From: Zootoca vivipara
Lineage: Eukaryota
Direction of reading: 5' to 3'
DNA: 64,000 bases
NCBI RefSeq assembly: GCF_963506605.1
Contig: NC_083277.1
Span: 94,798,001-94,862,000 of the forward strand
Position 1 is the stretch's first letter; each line of letters opens with the position of its first letter. The translations under genes were made by a program, and so were the position numbers. The notes beneath the pieces were generated by a model. It was not told the DNA's origin. It searched no databases and worked only from the letters and a program-made list of their open reading frames with translations. Of this stretch, positions 12,751 to 35,635 are shown piece by piece.

Positions 12751-14126
12751 TACTGTATTTCACTCTTGCCTGGATGAAATTCATATACATACTGTACACT
12801 GTTACCTCCAAGTCCCACACCTATTTGTCTTGAGCATTCTGTGCCCTGACCACTAACTAATATAATTGAAACCCCCATTTATCTTGGCTGGACCACTATA
12901 CGTTTATTGCTTTTTGTATTGTAGCTTGTCTCCTCTTCTTGATGCATTCCACAATCAATATGCTGGATATATGAGGAAAGAACATTTGTTAACACATGAT
13001 GTATGTGATACTATTTAAGGACTTTTTCCATGATGGACTGGATCAACTCTATAAAGGACGTTTTATAATCCTGGAAGTGTTAATGTTTAATATTCTCTGC
13101 AATCAGTCTTCAGCTAGCATAGAATAATATGCTACAAACTTACACTATAAACTACAAACTTACACCATACTGGCATGGTATAACCCACCTTGTAAATACT
13201 GTTGCAGCATTCACCAAAAAGTTAAAAGTAGGTTGCATTTTGGGAAAAGGTGAAGGAACCCTGTGTGTGCAGCCCTGAGATGAAATAAGTAATAACTGAA
13301 ATGTTGACAAACTATCAGTTTAGCAGGCCTCTCTTTGCGACATAAAAAAATGAAGGTACCACACCATCTATTTAAGGAACTCATGCTACTTTAATAGTCA
13401 TGAAGACAGTTTGTTAAGGGCCTCTTAATGACTCTCGGCCTCCTTAACAAACAACAGCAACCATTTATTTCTTATACCCTGCCCATCTTACTGGGTTGGC
13501 CCTGCCATGCTGGATGGCTTCCAAGAAAAACACAGGAAAAACAACCACCACAACATGAAACATTAAAAGCTTCCTGAAACAGGTCTGCCTATTTTAATGC
13601 ACATTTGCATACTTCTGAATTTGGTTTCCTTGACACATAATTTCCCATTCTAGGCTATAGAGCAGGTGTTCTGTGGTGCTGTATGGATGCTGGACTCCAG
13701 CTCCCATCATCTTCAGCCAGTATGGCTAATGGGGATAGTGGAAGTTGTAGTCCAACCCCATATAGAGGGCACCATGGTGGCTATCCCTGCTAATAGAGCA
13801 TACCTGCTTATTGTCTGTGCAGAGCACTGGCGATAAGTGAAGTGCTTGGAGTGTTGAATTGTTTGTGCATGATTAGACTGTTGCAGCCTTTGCTGCTATT
13901 TCTGAATGCAGGAGCATTCCCAGTGAAATCTCCCCCCTCCCCCCAAAATAAATATTTTATTGTAAACCACCCTGTGATCCTCTGAAAAAGGATGATATAG
14001 AAATTTAATAAATGATAATGATAAATAGCAATTTTTAGAAGTGTGGTTTTTTTTTATTCTCAACCGTGAAAAACCTTGGCACAGCCAACTGCCTCTCTAC
14101 ACAGCACTGAAAGGAGCACTGAACCC

Positions 14127-14264
14127 AGTATAGCTCAGTTGTTAGAGCATGAGGCCCTTAATCTCAGGGTCATGGGTTTGAGACCCACATTGAGCAAAAG
14201 ATTCCTACATTGCAGGGGGTTGGATTAGGTGACCCTTGTGTTCCTTTCCAACTCTATGATTCTA
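14127..14264 (+). mobile_element. tRNA-Lys/CR1-tail SINE
   Basis: Same structure as the 9757 copy; ends CTCTATGATTCTA. Confidence 0.8.
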
Positions 14265-15550
14265 ATGGCTTTTGATAAACACCACAGTTCTTAAAGTTTT
14301 AGTAGAGTAAAATGAGTCAAGTCTGCAACTAGCTGTGATGTCTGATTGAGCGTCAGCAAAGGCTTGAAGATGGTTTTGAGGCACAGGAGAATAAACTCAA
14401 GCCCTGCAGTGCATAAGGTGGTGGTGTCAGCTTTCCAGACTTAATTGAGACCTTAAGATCTTCTGCTTTGTTCACATGCACTTCTTTGACAATTTAGCCA
14501 TGCTCAATTTGCTTATGTGCAAATTTTCGCTTTGAGCAAATGATGTTGGCACTTTCTGGTTTAGCAACTACCACATTTCTTTTCTAGAAAATGAATCTAA
14601 AAAATAAAGTGTTTCACTGACTCTGCTTTCATTCTGAGTTGCTGTACCATGTTTTTGAATGGTATTCAGGACCTAGTTAATACTGTATACATGCATCCTC
14701 ATAATGGGTCCCTGCTGAAAACATGCATTTAATACATTTTCCCTATCTAAAATGCAATATTAGAATAAACCTACATGCTGATTATCTGAGAGATTGTAAG
14801 CATTTCAAAACCTTTTAAATGTATGTCTAAGAATTTAGAATGGTTCACATTCCAGTGCTTAATTTTAACGGGGGAAATGTTTGTTTAGAAACAACCAGTG
14901 CCTCTTGCTGTGACCCAGTCACCCTGACCATGTGATAATAGTATTAATCTAATGTCTCAGGAATGGTTTTTTCAAACGGTTTGACAAAGGTGATTCAACT
15001 CTTAAGCTCTGCAAAAGTATTTTGCACAAAGTACCATGCTGAATTGGTTCCTTCCAGCATTAACTAAAGCCATAACACAATGTTTACCTATCTCTCTGTG
15101 TGTTTGTTTGTTTACCTATCTCTGAACATTCTCCACAGTATATGTCTTAACACACTGAAAGATACCAGTCTGTTCTGCCAATTTCTTCTAGGTGTTGCCA
15201 GGAGTTTATCTGAAGCATGTGTTTCATCTACTCTCAAGCGGGGAGTAGTAAATGGCACGGAGAAGAGGATCAGGGTGCGATGGCAAGATTTAATTTTTTT
15301 TGTTAGTCCCTAGCATTACATAATATCCTGTAAGATTTAAACCTTTACAGCAGTACAGCCAAAGTGCATTAGGAATGGGCTATTATTTCTAGCAGGGACA
15401 CCTGCCTTTAAATTAGTCATCTATGGAACGGGTCTGGTACCTGGCAAATGTAATACAAAGGCTACAAGGAGTCTGTATTGCTGCTGCTCGTCATTGGATT
15501 CTATGGTTCATTTCAGTGTGGTTAAAATGCCAGTTTCAGGACTCTAGTTG

Positions 15551-16294
15551 TTAGCCTTCAAGCTCTCCCCCGTTGCTCTCCTCCTGCTGTGGTTGGGTAC
15601 CAGTCCACTGCACAATGTTGTCCCTCAGGTGCTGCATGATGACTGTAGATTCCTTGTAATACTCTAGGCTGAGAGTCTCCAGTCCAGCGATTGCCTTATC
15701 GAACGCAGCCTTGGCCAGTTTGGTTGCCTGCTGAGGGTTGTTGAGAACCTCGTAATAAAGGATGGAGTAATTCAGAGCCAAAGCCAAAGCCAACGGATGA
15801 GTAGGTTCCAAATGCCACTGACTGATTTCCTGAGCCTCCCCATAAACTTTCTGCGCAGATTTCACAAGCGTCTCCTTCTCATCAGGCAGGGCCACCTCAG
15901 CTAAGAAGCGGTAGTTGTCCCCTTTCATCTTCAGGTAAAATGCCCGGCTTTCATAATCTGTGTCACTGCAGTGCTTCAGCAGTACATGGTCTAAGAGGCC
16001 GAGGATCTCCCAACACTCTGCTTCCAGCTCCTTCTTTATGGTCTCGCGGTAAGCTTGTGCTTGTTCCTTCTGCTTTCCAACCCCTTTCTCCACGGAGTGC
16101 TTTAGCCGTCGCCAAGAAGAGCACCGCTCCTGTGTTAGGAGCTTGTAGGCCTCAGAAAGCAGGGTCTTCTCCTCGTGGGTTAGTGGGTCTTTCCCTTCCA
16201 TCACAAGCTGCCTCATGGCAGTGGCCATCTCCTTGTACCTGCCACATTGTTCTGCTAGCTGTGCTGCCTGCACCAGCTGCTTGCGGCTCAACAT
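15551..16294 (-). CDS. Divergent intronless 14-3-3 protein (gamma/eta-type), probable retrogene, 247 aa
   Basis: Uninterrupted ATG-to-TAA ORF colinear with 14-3-3 along its full length (LAEQ.GRY, LLS.AYK, SSWR, FYLKMKGD.YR.LAEVA, PTHP..L.LALNYS..YYE, AFD.AIA.L.TL, ST.IMQ.LRDN...WT). The CSDTDYES loop and ALNYS motif are gamma-like. Confidence 0.9.
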   Translation of the reverse strand: MLSRKQLVQAAQLAEQCGRYKEMATAMRQLVMEGKDPLTHEEKTLLSEAYKLLTQERCSSWRRLKHSVEKGVGKQKEQAQAYRETIKKELEAECWEILGLLDHVLLKHCSDTDYESRAFYLKMKGDNYRFLAEVALPDEKETLVKSAQKVYGEAQEISQWHLEPTHPLALALALNYSILYYEVLNNPQQATKLAKAAFDKAIAGLETLSLEYYKESTVIMQHLRDNIVQWTGTQPQQEESNGGELEG

Positions 16295-17135
16295 TGACAG
16301 GGAGAGGCCAGCAGTCGCAGACTGGCCTGAATGGGCCAGGGGGAGATTCCAGCTGTGTGGCAGGCAGCAAGTGATGTCACAGGGACAGGAATGTTCTGGA
16401 ATGTTCCGAAGCAGCCAATTTTATTTCCACAAAAAGCTGGGTGGTAGATTAACAGGGATCCTGCTGCCTTTAGAGTAGGAAATTCTGTCAAGTGACAGGC
16501 CTCAAGTAGCACGTCATCTGTTGTGTTTGGAAATGCGGTGTGATGTCCCAACACAAGTGTTACAGAATCAAAACACAGACGATGATCAAAAGGTGTCACG
16601 GCACAATCGCACGAAATGTGGGTTAGTAAAGATATGCCAGCCTTGTTACTAAGGTCTCGAAAGTTACCGGGGCCTTTCTTACAACTAAAAAGTAGGCTGG
16701 TGAAGAATAGCAGGCTAGAAGCATAGCTGGCAGGCAAAGTAGAAAAACACTGTCACCAGTCTGCTGTGTTTGTGGAGGCTGCAGAGGCGGCTTCACTTCC
16801 TCCCCATCCCAGCTAATTTCCACACTGACTATGGAGGACATGACTCCCTGTCCTCCAAATATGGAAGCTGAGTCACTTCACAAAGGTGAAACGACACTCT
16901 GTCCCTCCTCGCCTATGTGGAATTCCTGGTCACCAGTGGTGACCAAGGAGGGCTTTATCAGTTGCACCCACCCTGCTTACAGAATTTGCTCCTAATGGAG
17001 GCTCACCTGGGCCCTATATTGATGCATGTTTGCTTGTGTTGTGAACCCCTTCTGAGATCCATGGATGGAGGGCAGTATAGATATTTAATGAAGGTAATAG
17101 TTCTTTATTATTAAGTTTAAATTAAACAATATTGT

Positions 17136-17440
17136 ATGTTACAGGTAGGTAGCCGTGTTGGTCTGGGTCGAAGTAAAATAAAAAAATTCTTTCAGTAGCA
17201 CCTTAAAGACCAACTAAGTTTTTATTTTGGTATGAGCTTTCGTGTGCATGCACACTTCTTCAGATACAGTGAAATGGGAGTCCCCAGGCACTTATGTAGA
17301 GAAGGGGTGGGGAGGGGTGGGGATGGGGAGTGGGGATTACTCAGAAGGGTGGTGGAAATGGGTGATTGACTGACTGATAGCTGTTGATGACCGAAAACGA
17401 CTGCAAATGGTTTTGCATGAAAAAGCAAGGGTTGAGATTG
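17136..17440 (-). mobile_element. Penelope-like element terminal fragment
   Basis: GGTAGCCGTGTTGGTCTG...GTAGCACCTTAAAGACCAACT...GTATGAGCTTTCGTG...CACTTCTTCAGATAC resembles vertebrate PLE pLTR sequence and contains a hammerhead core. Confidence 0.7.
17230..17267 (-). ncRNA. Minimal type I hammerhead ribozyme motif (PLE-associated)
   Basis: Minus strand GUAU-CUGAAGA-A-GUGUGC AU GCACAC-GAAA-GC-UC-AUAC: stem I GUAU/AUAC, CUGANGA box, perfect stem II, GAAA box, palindromic AGCU mini stem III, CUC cleavage triplet. Confidence 0.75.
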
Positions 17441-18399
17441 TATTGTATGTATGTGTTATAGTGTGCACCCCCGATACGTTTTATGATATGGTGCTGCAGA
17501 ATACTTTCTTCATATAATTAAATAAAAATATTCCCCTAGGCTTTTTAACCTGATTAGATATATTTCACTGCTGTTTGTTTATTTTACTGTTTTATTTATT
17601 TATTTATTTGTGTGAACTACCTTGGACATGCATAAAGATAAATACTGAATGCACACTGATTCAGAATCCAGCAAATACGATATCCAATAGCTTGTTTTCA
17701 GTCCTGTGATGGTGATCTGAGTTCACGGAGCAGGTAAGAGCCTGAGGACTGTCTTTTTTATTTTATTTTATTTTTTTAAGAGGGGGTGTCCAGTAACAAT
17801 GGGATTATGGAAGTGTAAGAATGGACCATTAAAGTACCAGAGACATTTACCTGAATGTTGCCAGTAAGAATCACCCATGATCAGTGTCCCTCACAGCCAG
17901 TTTATTTATTATTATTATTTAAAATCATTTGTGAAGACGGGTAAAAGCGCAAAAGGGCCAGCGTGCAAATGAATGGAAAATACCACACTCAGTTGAACTT
18001 GGGTTTTTCTTTCTTCTAGGCACTTGCTTGAGGGAGGCAATTTAGCAATTTGAGGATTAACAACACCCAGCGGGCAACACTAAAGGGCTGCCATAAACCG
18101 CTTTCCTTCTCAGCCCTCCCGACCTGCAATATGAGGTTGATAGTAATATTAAAAAATGAATTACATTGACAGACACATGTGACATCCTCTCCGGTCCCGC
18201 CTCACCCCGCCTGCAAAATGGGGGTTAAAAACAAAACACCGTGGACAATATCTGTGCAGGGCAAGTTTTAAGATGTTGCAAATTGAAAGAAAAAGAATGA
18301 GCGGGACTGGGGAGAAGGTCCCCATTCCTAGGGAGACGGGAAATCTTCGCATTCTCCATTGCCTCTTAGGGAACAGCAGCTACAAAATCCCCCAGGCTT

Positions 18400-18695
18400 A
18401 ATAAGAAGCGGGGAAACATGGCGCCAGAAGTAACGGAGCAGACCCATCTTTAGACAAAGGAAAGGCTAGTCCGCTACTGTTTACATCTTGTGGGCGGAGT
18501 AAACCTGAGACTGGAGAAAAGGAGCCCCGTTTTCAAGCTGGAGGGAAGGGGCGGTTCTGAGGCGAGCTGTGATTGGCAGGGTGCGAGAGGGGCGGTCCCG
18601 GTCTTGCCCCGCCTCCCTCTTTGCACGCCCCAGGCTCTGATCTTCGCCCCGAGGCGGGGACTCCGGACTCCAGACTTTCTGCGCCACGGCGGGAG
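18400..18695 (+). promoter_or_regulatory. DCXR CpG promoter
   Basis: GC boxes GGGCGG at ~18492, ~18549 and ~18589; inverted CCAAT (ATTGG) at 18572; CpG-rich sequence directly upstream of the ATG. Confidence 0.7.
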
Positions 18696-23445
<4,750 letters not shown>

Positions 23446-23781
23446 AATACAGCGTTTGCTTCCGTCTTCCCTGTGTGGTTTTTTCCTACTGAGTCATCCG
23501 GAACAGACTGAGATGTGGAACGAAATTCTGTGGAACATGGATGGGGAACTTGCCGCAACACCAGATCTTCATGGGCCCCAGCTCCCATCAGCCTGGCCAA
23601 TAACCAGGGATGATGGAAGTTGTGGCCACAGGTTGTCCATCTCTGCGGCAGAGAGAGAGAGAGAGAGAGACACCAAGTGGAAGGTTCCATTAGTGGGTGC
23701 ACGCGGAAAGTGAGGGCTGTAGGATGCTTGCTTCTGCTGCTGACCCCGAACAAATCACACTTCCTTACTTATGGAGAAATG

Positions 23782-23787
23782 TTTATT
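23782..23787 (-). terminator. Candidate RAC3 polyadenylation signal AATAAA
   Basis: TTTATT on the plus strand, ~790 nt downstream of the RAC3 stop; the first canonical hexamer I found on that strand. Confidence 0.5.
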
Positions 23788-24577
23788 GTATAAAATAAGA
23801 GGTGTTCAGCTCATCACTCTACACGATGATTAAAAACTGGACCCGTCTCCATCCCAACCCCTCCAAAGCTCTCCCTGCTCCATCCCCCAGTCCATCCCGC
23901 CTGACAAAAAGGAAGGGGTTGGCCATAACCCTTTCCACCTGCATCATCTTTAATCTTACAGAAAGGTTCCTGCCATCTGGCCCTGTCCTGCTCAGGCTGG
24001 ACAAGGTAAAGAGGCCTTCCTCCAACTCTCCATCCTTGGGAGAGCTGATGGTCTGTAAAACCAGCTGAGGAGCAGCACACAGGCTGATATCCTGAAAGGC
24101 AAAGGCAGCTTGGGATGGCACACAGCTGCACTGATCATGTAGCTTTGCTAGTGTCTCGTGCAAATAAAAGCACTATAAAGGCTACTTCTTCAACCTGTGT
24201 CCTATTTGTCTTTCCCTGCCCCAGCTGGGCTTTGTTACCTGCTCCTGCCACAATGCTCTAGCACCAATAGAAGTAGTAATAAAGGGCTGATCTTTCCATT
24301 CACGCATTACCCCTCCCACCCCCCGGCATGGAGACATGGGGAGCATGCACCTCCCACTGCTCCGCCCTGGGGGTGGGGACAGCATTGAGCTCCTCCTCCT
24401 CCCATGCGGCCCTTTTACATCGACACAGACGTTAAATCAAAGAGACATTTAAAAAACACTGACTTCGTACATGATGAAGGGCCCCGCCTCTCCCATTGCG
24501 GGAACACCCAGCGAACGCTTCCTCCTGGCACATAACAAGGAGGAGAGACACCCATAACATGCTGAACTCAGATGCCC

Positions 24578-30732
<6,155 letters not shown>

Positions 30733-31588
30733 CTAGCCCCGGCAGCGAGACGGGCTGCGATGGCGGCGGCGGCGGCGGGCGCCGGGCTCCGTGTGCTTCG
30801 TCTTCTTTGGCGATGGATGCCGCCCGCAGCCGCAGTGAACGAGAGAGAGAGAGGGAGGGAGGGAGGGAGGGAGGAGAGGGAGCGAGCCAGAGAGAGAGAG
30901 AGACCCGGGCGGGGCCAGGGAAGGAGGAGGAGGAGGCAGCGTGGGAGTCCTGTGGCCCCTCCCTGCCACCCCTGGACTCGCGTCGGCGGAGCCGTGTGGA
31001 AGGAAGCGGGGCAGCGCGGAGGGACCTTGCAGGAGATGCCCAGATCTTAGGACCCAGCAAACGCCTCCGAGCTTGGGAGCAACCCGCGGTAGCTTAGCAA
31101 CTGACTGGTGCACTGCCTGGTGGCGCCTGGGACAGCAGGCAGCCAACACCGTCGGCGACAGGGAGGGGTGGGGAGATGGTCAGAATCGGGCCCTTTGCAA
31201 TCACAGCATCGTAGAACCCGGGAGTTGGAAGGGGTCCCCCGAGGGTCGTCTAGTCCAACCCCCTGCAGTGCAGGAATCGCAGCTACAGAATCCCTCCAAC
31301 CCACCTCTGTTTAGAAACTTCCAGTGAAGGAGAGCCCTGCACCTGCAGAGGCAGCTCCTTCTAGTCTAGTAGTTATTTGCTGCCTGCATTTATGCCCTGT
31401 CTGCCTTTTCTGCCAAGGCGCTCCAGATCCTGGAAGAATAGGAGTGGAGCTCTGGCTGGGTCACAGCAAAGGTTCATTCTGGTCTCCCAGTGGCCAGTCA
31501 GGCACCCATAAGATGCCCCGTAGCAGGGCATGGCCTCAATAGCATTGGCCCCACTCTTGTTCAAGTGGCAGACTACCACCACCTCCAA

Positions 31589-31689
31589 CATAGGCATAGC
31601 CAGGATTGGGAAGGGGGAGCAGAACCTCAGTTAAGTATTTTGTATTAGTTTACTTGATTTACCCCCTGCCCCCCTTGGCTACTCCCATG
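31589..31689. mobile_element. ~101-bp hAT-type MITE
   Basis: Imperfect TIR CATAGGCATAGCCA / TGGCTACTCCCATG; perfect 8-bp TSD ACCTCCAA. Confidence 0.75.
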
Positions 31690-32798
31690 ACCTCCAATGC
31701 TAGTCATACCAGTATTCTGCTGGCACCATGTTATCCTCACAAGAAGCCTGCGAAGTAGGTGGGGCTGAGAAAGTGTGACTGGCCCAAGGTCACCCCATGA
31801 GAACTTAATGGCTGAGTGGAAATTTGAACCCTGGGTTCTCTAGCCCTTACTCCAAGAGGTGGGCAAATATGTGAGTTTGGATGACCATCTGTCATAGATG
31901 CTTTAGCTGAGATTCCTGCTGATGAGAGCTGGATCCCAACATTACCTGGAGGATCAGAAGTGCCCTATCCCTGTGGGGAGTCAAACACTGCAACCACTAC
32001 ATTACCCTAGGGGGTTGGCACTTTTCTGCTGGCATGGCCACTGCGCCTTTAATGTCTACAACAGTCTGATGCTGCTGTTTATCTTCTGCGTCAGAGTGAA
32101 GTAATTGTTATGTGTGCGCAGTATGGTTATTCTGTTGTGAACCACCCTGTGGCCACATATAAAGGGCTGTGGCTCAGATCTGCTTTGTGTGGAAAAGGTC
32201 CAAGATTTACTCACTGGCATCCCCAAGGTTGGGCTGGGAATGTCTTCTGCCTGAAATCCTAGAGAGCTGCTGCCTGCCAGTGTTGGCAATACTGAGCTAC
32301 AAGGCTGTGTCTTGTATTCTTTAGGGATGCAATGGCAAAGCTTCAGCTGTAGAGTTTCTATCTGTGATGAAGCCAAGGTGTTTTTACTCCCCAGCCAGAA
32401 CTTGATGTTCCGGCACTTCTCAGGTAGGCGCCGTTGCCATTATAAGAGAATGAGGGAGGTGTCCATGGTGAGTTCTGGCACCTCTTTTTCTAGAAAAATA
32501 GCACTAGATCATGTAGCCATTAGTGTCTCAAGGGGAAGTGACAGTCCTGCACTGCAAGTGTAACTCTGTGGCTATGGTCAGTAACTTGTTTTACAGAGCT
32601 ACTTAGAGGGCATCCTGTCTAATGGGATGAAAGAGGCCAGGTTAGCACTTAAGTCCCATTACTGCAGTAACCAGCCTTTCAGTGCATCTCTGGAGTGGCA
32701 GAGGCAGGTCTGGAACTTCCCGTTGTTGGTTCCTCCTAAATTGTGACCAGGTGAGGAATTGTGATTTGAAGCCTCAGTCCTCCATCAGGCAGCTATAT

Positions 32799-33127
32799 TA
32801 AAGGTAAAGGGATTCCTGACCATTAGGTCCAGTCGTGACCGGCTCTGGGGTTGCGGCACTCATCTCACTTTATTGGCTGAGGGAGCTGGCGTACAGCTTC
32901 CAGGTCATGTGGCCAACATGACTAAGCCGCTTCTGGCGAACCATAGCAGCGCACGGAAACGCCGTTTACCTTCCCGCCAGAGGGGTACCTATTTATCTAC
33001 TTGCACTTTGACGTGCTTTCGAACTGCTAGGTTGGCAGGAGCAGGGAACAAGCAACGGGAGCTCACCCCGTCGCGGGGATTCGAACCGCCGACCTTCTGA
33101 TTGGCAAGTCCTAGACTCTGTGGTTGG
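32799..33127 (-). mobile_element. Sauria SINE
   Basis: Plus strand begins AAAGGTAAAGG (ACCTTT tail on minus) with the characteristic body ...GGTCATGTGGCCA.CATGACT...GGTACCTATTTATCTACT...GGGATTCGAACCGCCGACCTTC (B box). Confidence 0.88.
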
Positions 33128-35413
33128 TTAAAAGCCCTGATACATAACCTCAAATGAACAGTAGTGGAGGCAGCTTCCCAAGAATAAGTGCAGAAACACC
33201 CAGCCGCTTTCCTTGCCCTGGAGGCCAACTCAGGCAAACACTCAAGGAACTGTCTATATACAAATCATCTTTCCAAAAGCTGCTGGAAACACAGGTGCCC
33301 GAGAACAGGTAATTGACACCCAGTATGGTGTCATGGTTATAGTGTTGGACTAGGGGCTTGGAGACCAGGGTTCAAATCTCCACTCGGCCATGAAGCTCAC
33401 TCACAGCTTGACCTTGGACCAGCCACTCCTTCTCAGTCTAGCCTACCTAACAGGGTTATTGTGATGATAAAATGGAGAGGGGAAGAGCCAATGTACACCA
33501 CCTTGAGCTCCCCTCAGGTGGGCGCCATTGCCATTATAAGAGAACAAGGGAAGTGTTCATGGTGAGTTCCGGCACCTCTTTTTCTAGAAAAAATAGCACT
33601 GTGTATGTGTGTGTACGTGCAATGTTTTCTCTCAAACTCCAACCAAGAGAACTTATGAAATTATGGCATTCTCAGGGCCTGAGGGGGTGGAGTGGGGAAG
33701 CTGAGTTGTGTCTTCGGGACTGAAAATAGATTTGCCAACCATAGTTGCTGCTTGCTGCAGGGAGCATCCATGGGGACGCAGTTCTTCTGATCTTTGCTAT
33801 ACACTACAGTATACGTCATGGTCTAGCAGTCAAGAGTAAGTTCAGGAAACCAATGTAGTTCTCTGGATAGCAGCCAAGCTGTGACCTAAGAGATGCAAAG
33901 CTAATTTCAACCAAGTGGCTCTAGGCAAGTAATCATGTCTCTCCAGGGGCACCATTTGGGAGGGGGGTTGCCCCCTATACCGGTAACTCTTAGACCATAT
34001 GTGATGATATTTCCAGCCAATGTACTGGTTCTATACATGGAGTATTCTAAGCAGTTGAAAGGCCTTTGTACCAGCTATGCCTGTTTATTTTGCATTATGA
34101 GAAAACCCTTTGTTTCAATGCTGTTATTGTTAAACTGTATGTTCTTGTCGTGCAAAGCTTCTTAGCAGCCCTTGCTAGAGCAGTGAACAAAAATAAATAA
34201 ATGCAAAGGTATTTGTTAGAAAGTATCTTTGATTTTTTAAAAAATGATCTTGTGTGTGTTTTATTGCGTAATGGCAACTTTTGTGTGCATTTAAAGTGTG
34301 ACACGAGGCTCACAGTCACTTTTAGTGTCATATATGACTACTCATCAATTGCCACCCGCACATTACGGAAAACCTCAAATTGGCACTGAGATTTAGTAAA
34401 ATAGCTGAAGATGGTTGCTGATTTGCTGCTCCTTTCGATTAGCTCCCCAAAATGCAGGACAAGCCTAAGAGGGAACAAATTTCTGCTTTCCCACAGAATC
34501 AGTCAGATCCCATTAAACACCCATGCAAGGATTTTATTTTTTTTAAGAGCCTGCCTCCATAAAACCAGACGCCTGGGGCACTGTTGATGTGTGCATGGGG
34601 GAAGGGATGTCCTTGCCATTGGGCAGAGGGTTGCAGGGCACTGATTACTCCAGACAGACATGAGCAAACAGCACTCAGGTTCCCTCCCAAACCACATAAA
34701 CAAAGCTTTGAAAGAGCAAAGAATAAACTAGGATAGCTTTGTCCTTTTTCTCACCCCGCTGCCTTTGCAAACACTCTTCTCTAGCTGAGCTGTGTCCTTT
34801 CTGTCGCCAGCCATGTTGCTTTCGTATAAGCAGAAGGACACCGTGTTAGTGAAGGCAGAAAAAGGGGCAGATGCTTGAAATCCCACCTCAAGCACATGCA
34901 GTTCTCAAGCACTATTAAACCCACCACCAATAGATCATCCCTAAAACGATAAGAAACTTGAAAAGCTACTGAAGATGTACAAAACGTTACAATTATATCC
35001 TCATCTTGCACAAGGAAGCCACCTGCCATTGGCTAATATGCCAAGAAAAACTAAGCAGGCCTGCCTTGACCTCTTAGAAGACCCTGTGTTAACAAGCTTT
35101 AAGTTCAGGCCATATTCATACAATGCGTTTCGTATTTTAACAGGGGCTTGGAAGAGAAGAGATAAAATATTTCCTTTAGAAAGCCGTTTTGGATTTCTGC
35201 CAGTTTTGGGGAAATGGAAAGTGTAAGAAATGAGTGGTATTGCTTCCCCATACAAATGGTGGCAACAATCTGAAAAGAAACAAAATTATTTCCGCACATA
35301 ATTTGTATTATTGGAAGCTGCAAACACACACAGCCTACTGTGAAGTTTGGTGAACATTCCAGACTATAGGAGGGGGATTTTGCCTCCTCAAAACCCACTG
35401 GAGCATTACTATA

Positions 35414-35458
<45 letters not shown>
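35414..35458. repeat. (TAT)n microsatellite
   Basis: About 15 TAT units, probably a LINE tail. Confidence 0.9.
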
Positions 35459-35531
35459 CATCATAATCATCATTATAATTAAAATTTGTATACCATCCTT
35501 CACCTGAAGATCACAGGGTGGTTCATAATAG

Positions 35532-35635
35532 TTGTTGTTTAGTCGTTTAGTCGTGTCCGACTCTTCGTGACCCCATGGACCATAGCACGCCAGGCACTCC
35601 TGTCTTGCACCGCCTCCCGCAGTTTGGTCAGACTC
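35532..35635 (-). mobile_element. BovB/RTE LINE 3' end fragment (second copy 63728-63790)
   Basis: GTTGTTGTTTAGTCGTTTAGTCGTGTCCGACTCTTCGTGACCCCATGGAC, a typical BovB 3' terminus. Confidence 0.75.

Noticed and set aside
15551-16294. Calling the 14-3-3 ORF SFN (sigma, naturally intronless) or YWHAG itself
   Set aside because: It has gamma-type CSxTxYES/ALNYS features rather than sigma features, and is far too diverged and in the wrong syntenic context for YWHAG; no symbol assigned.
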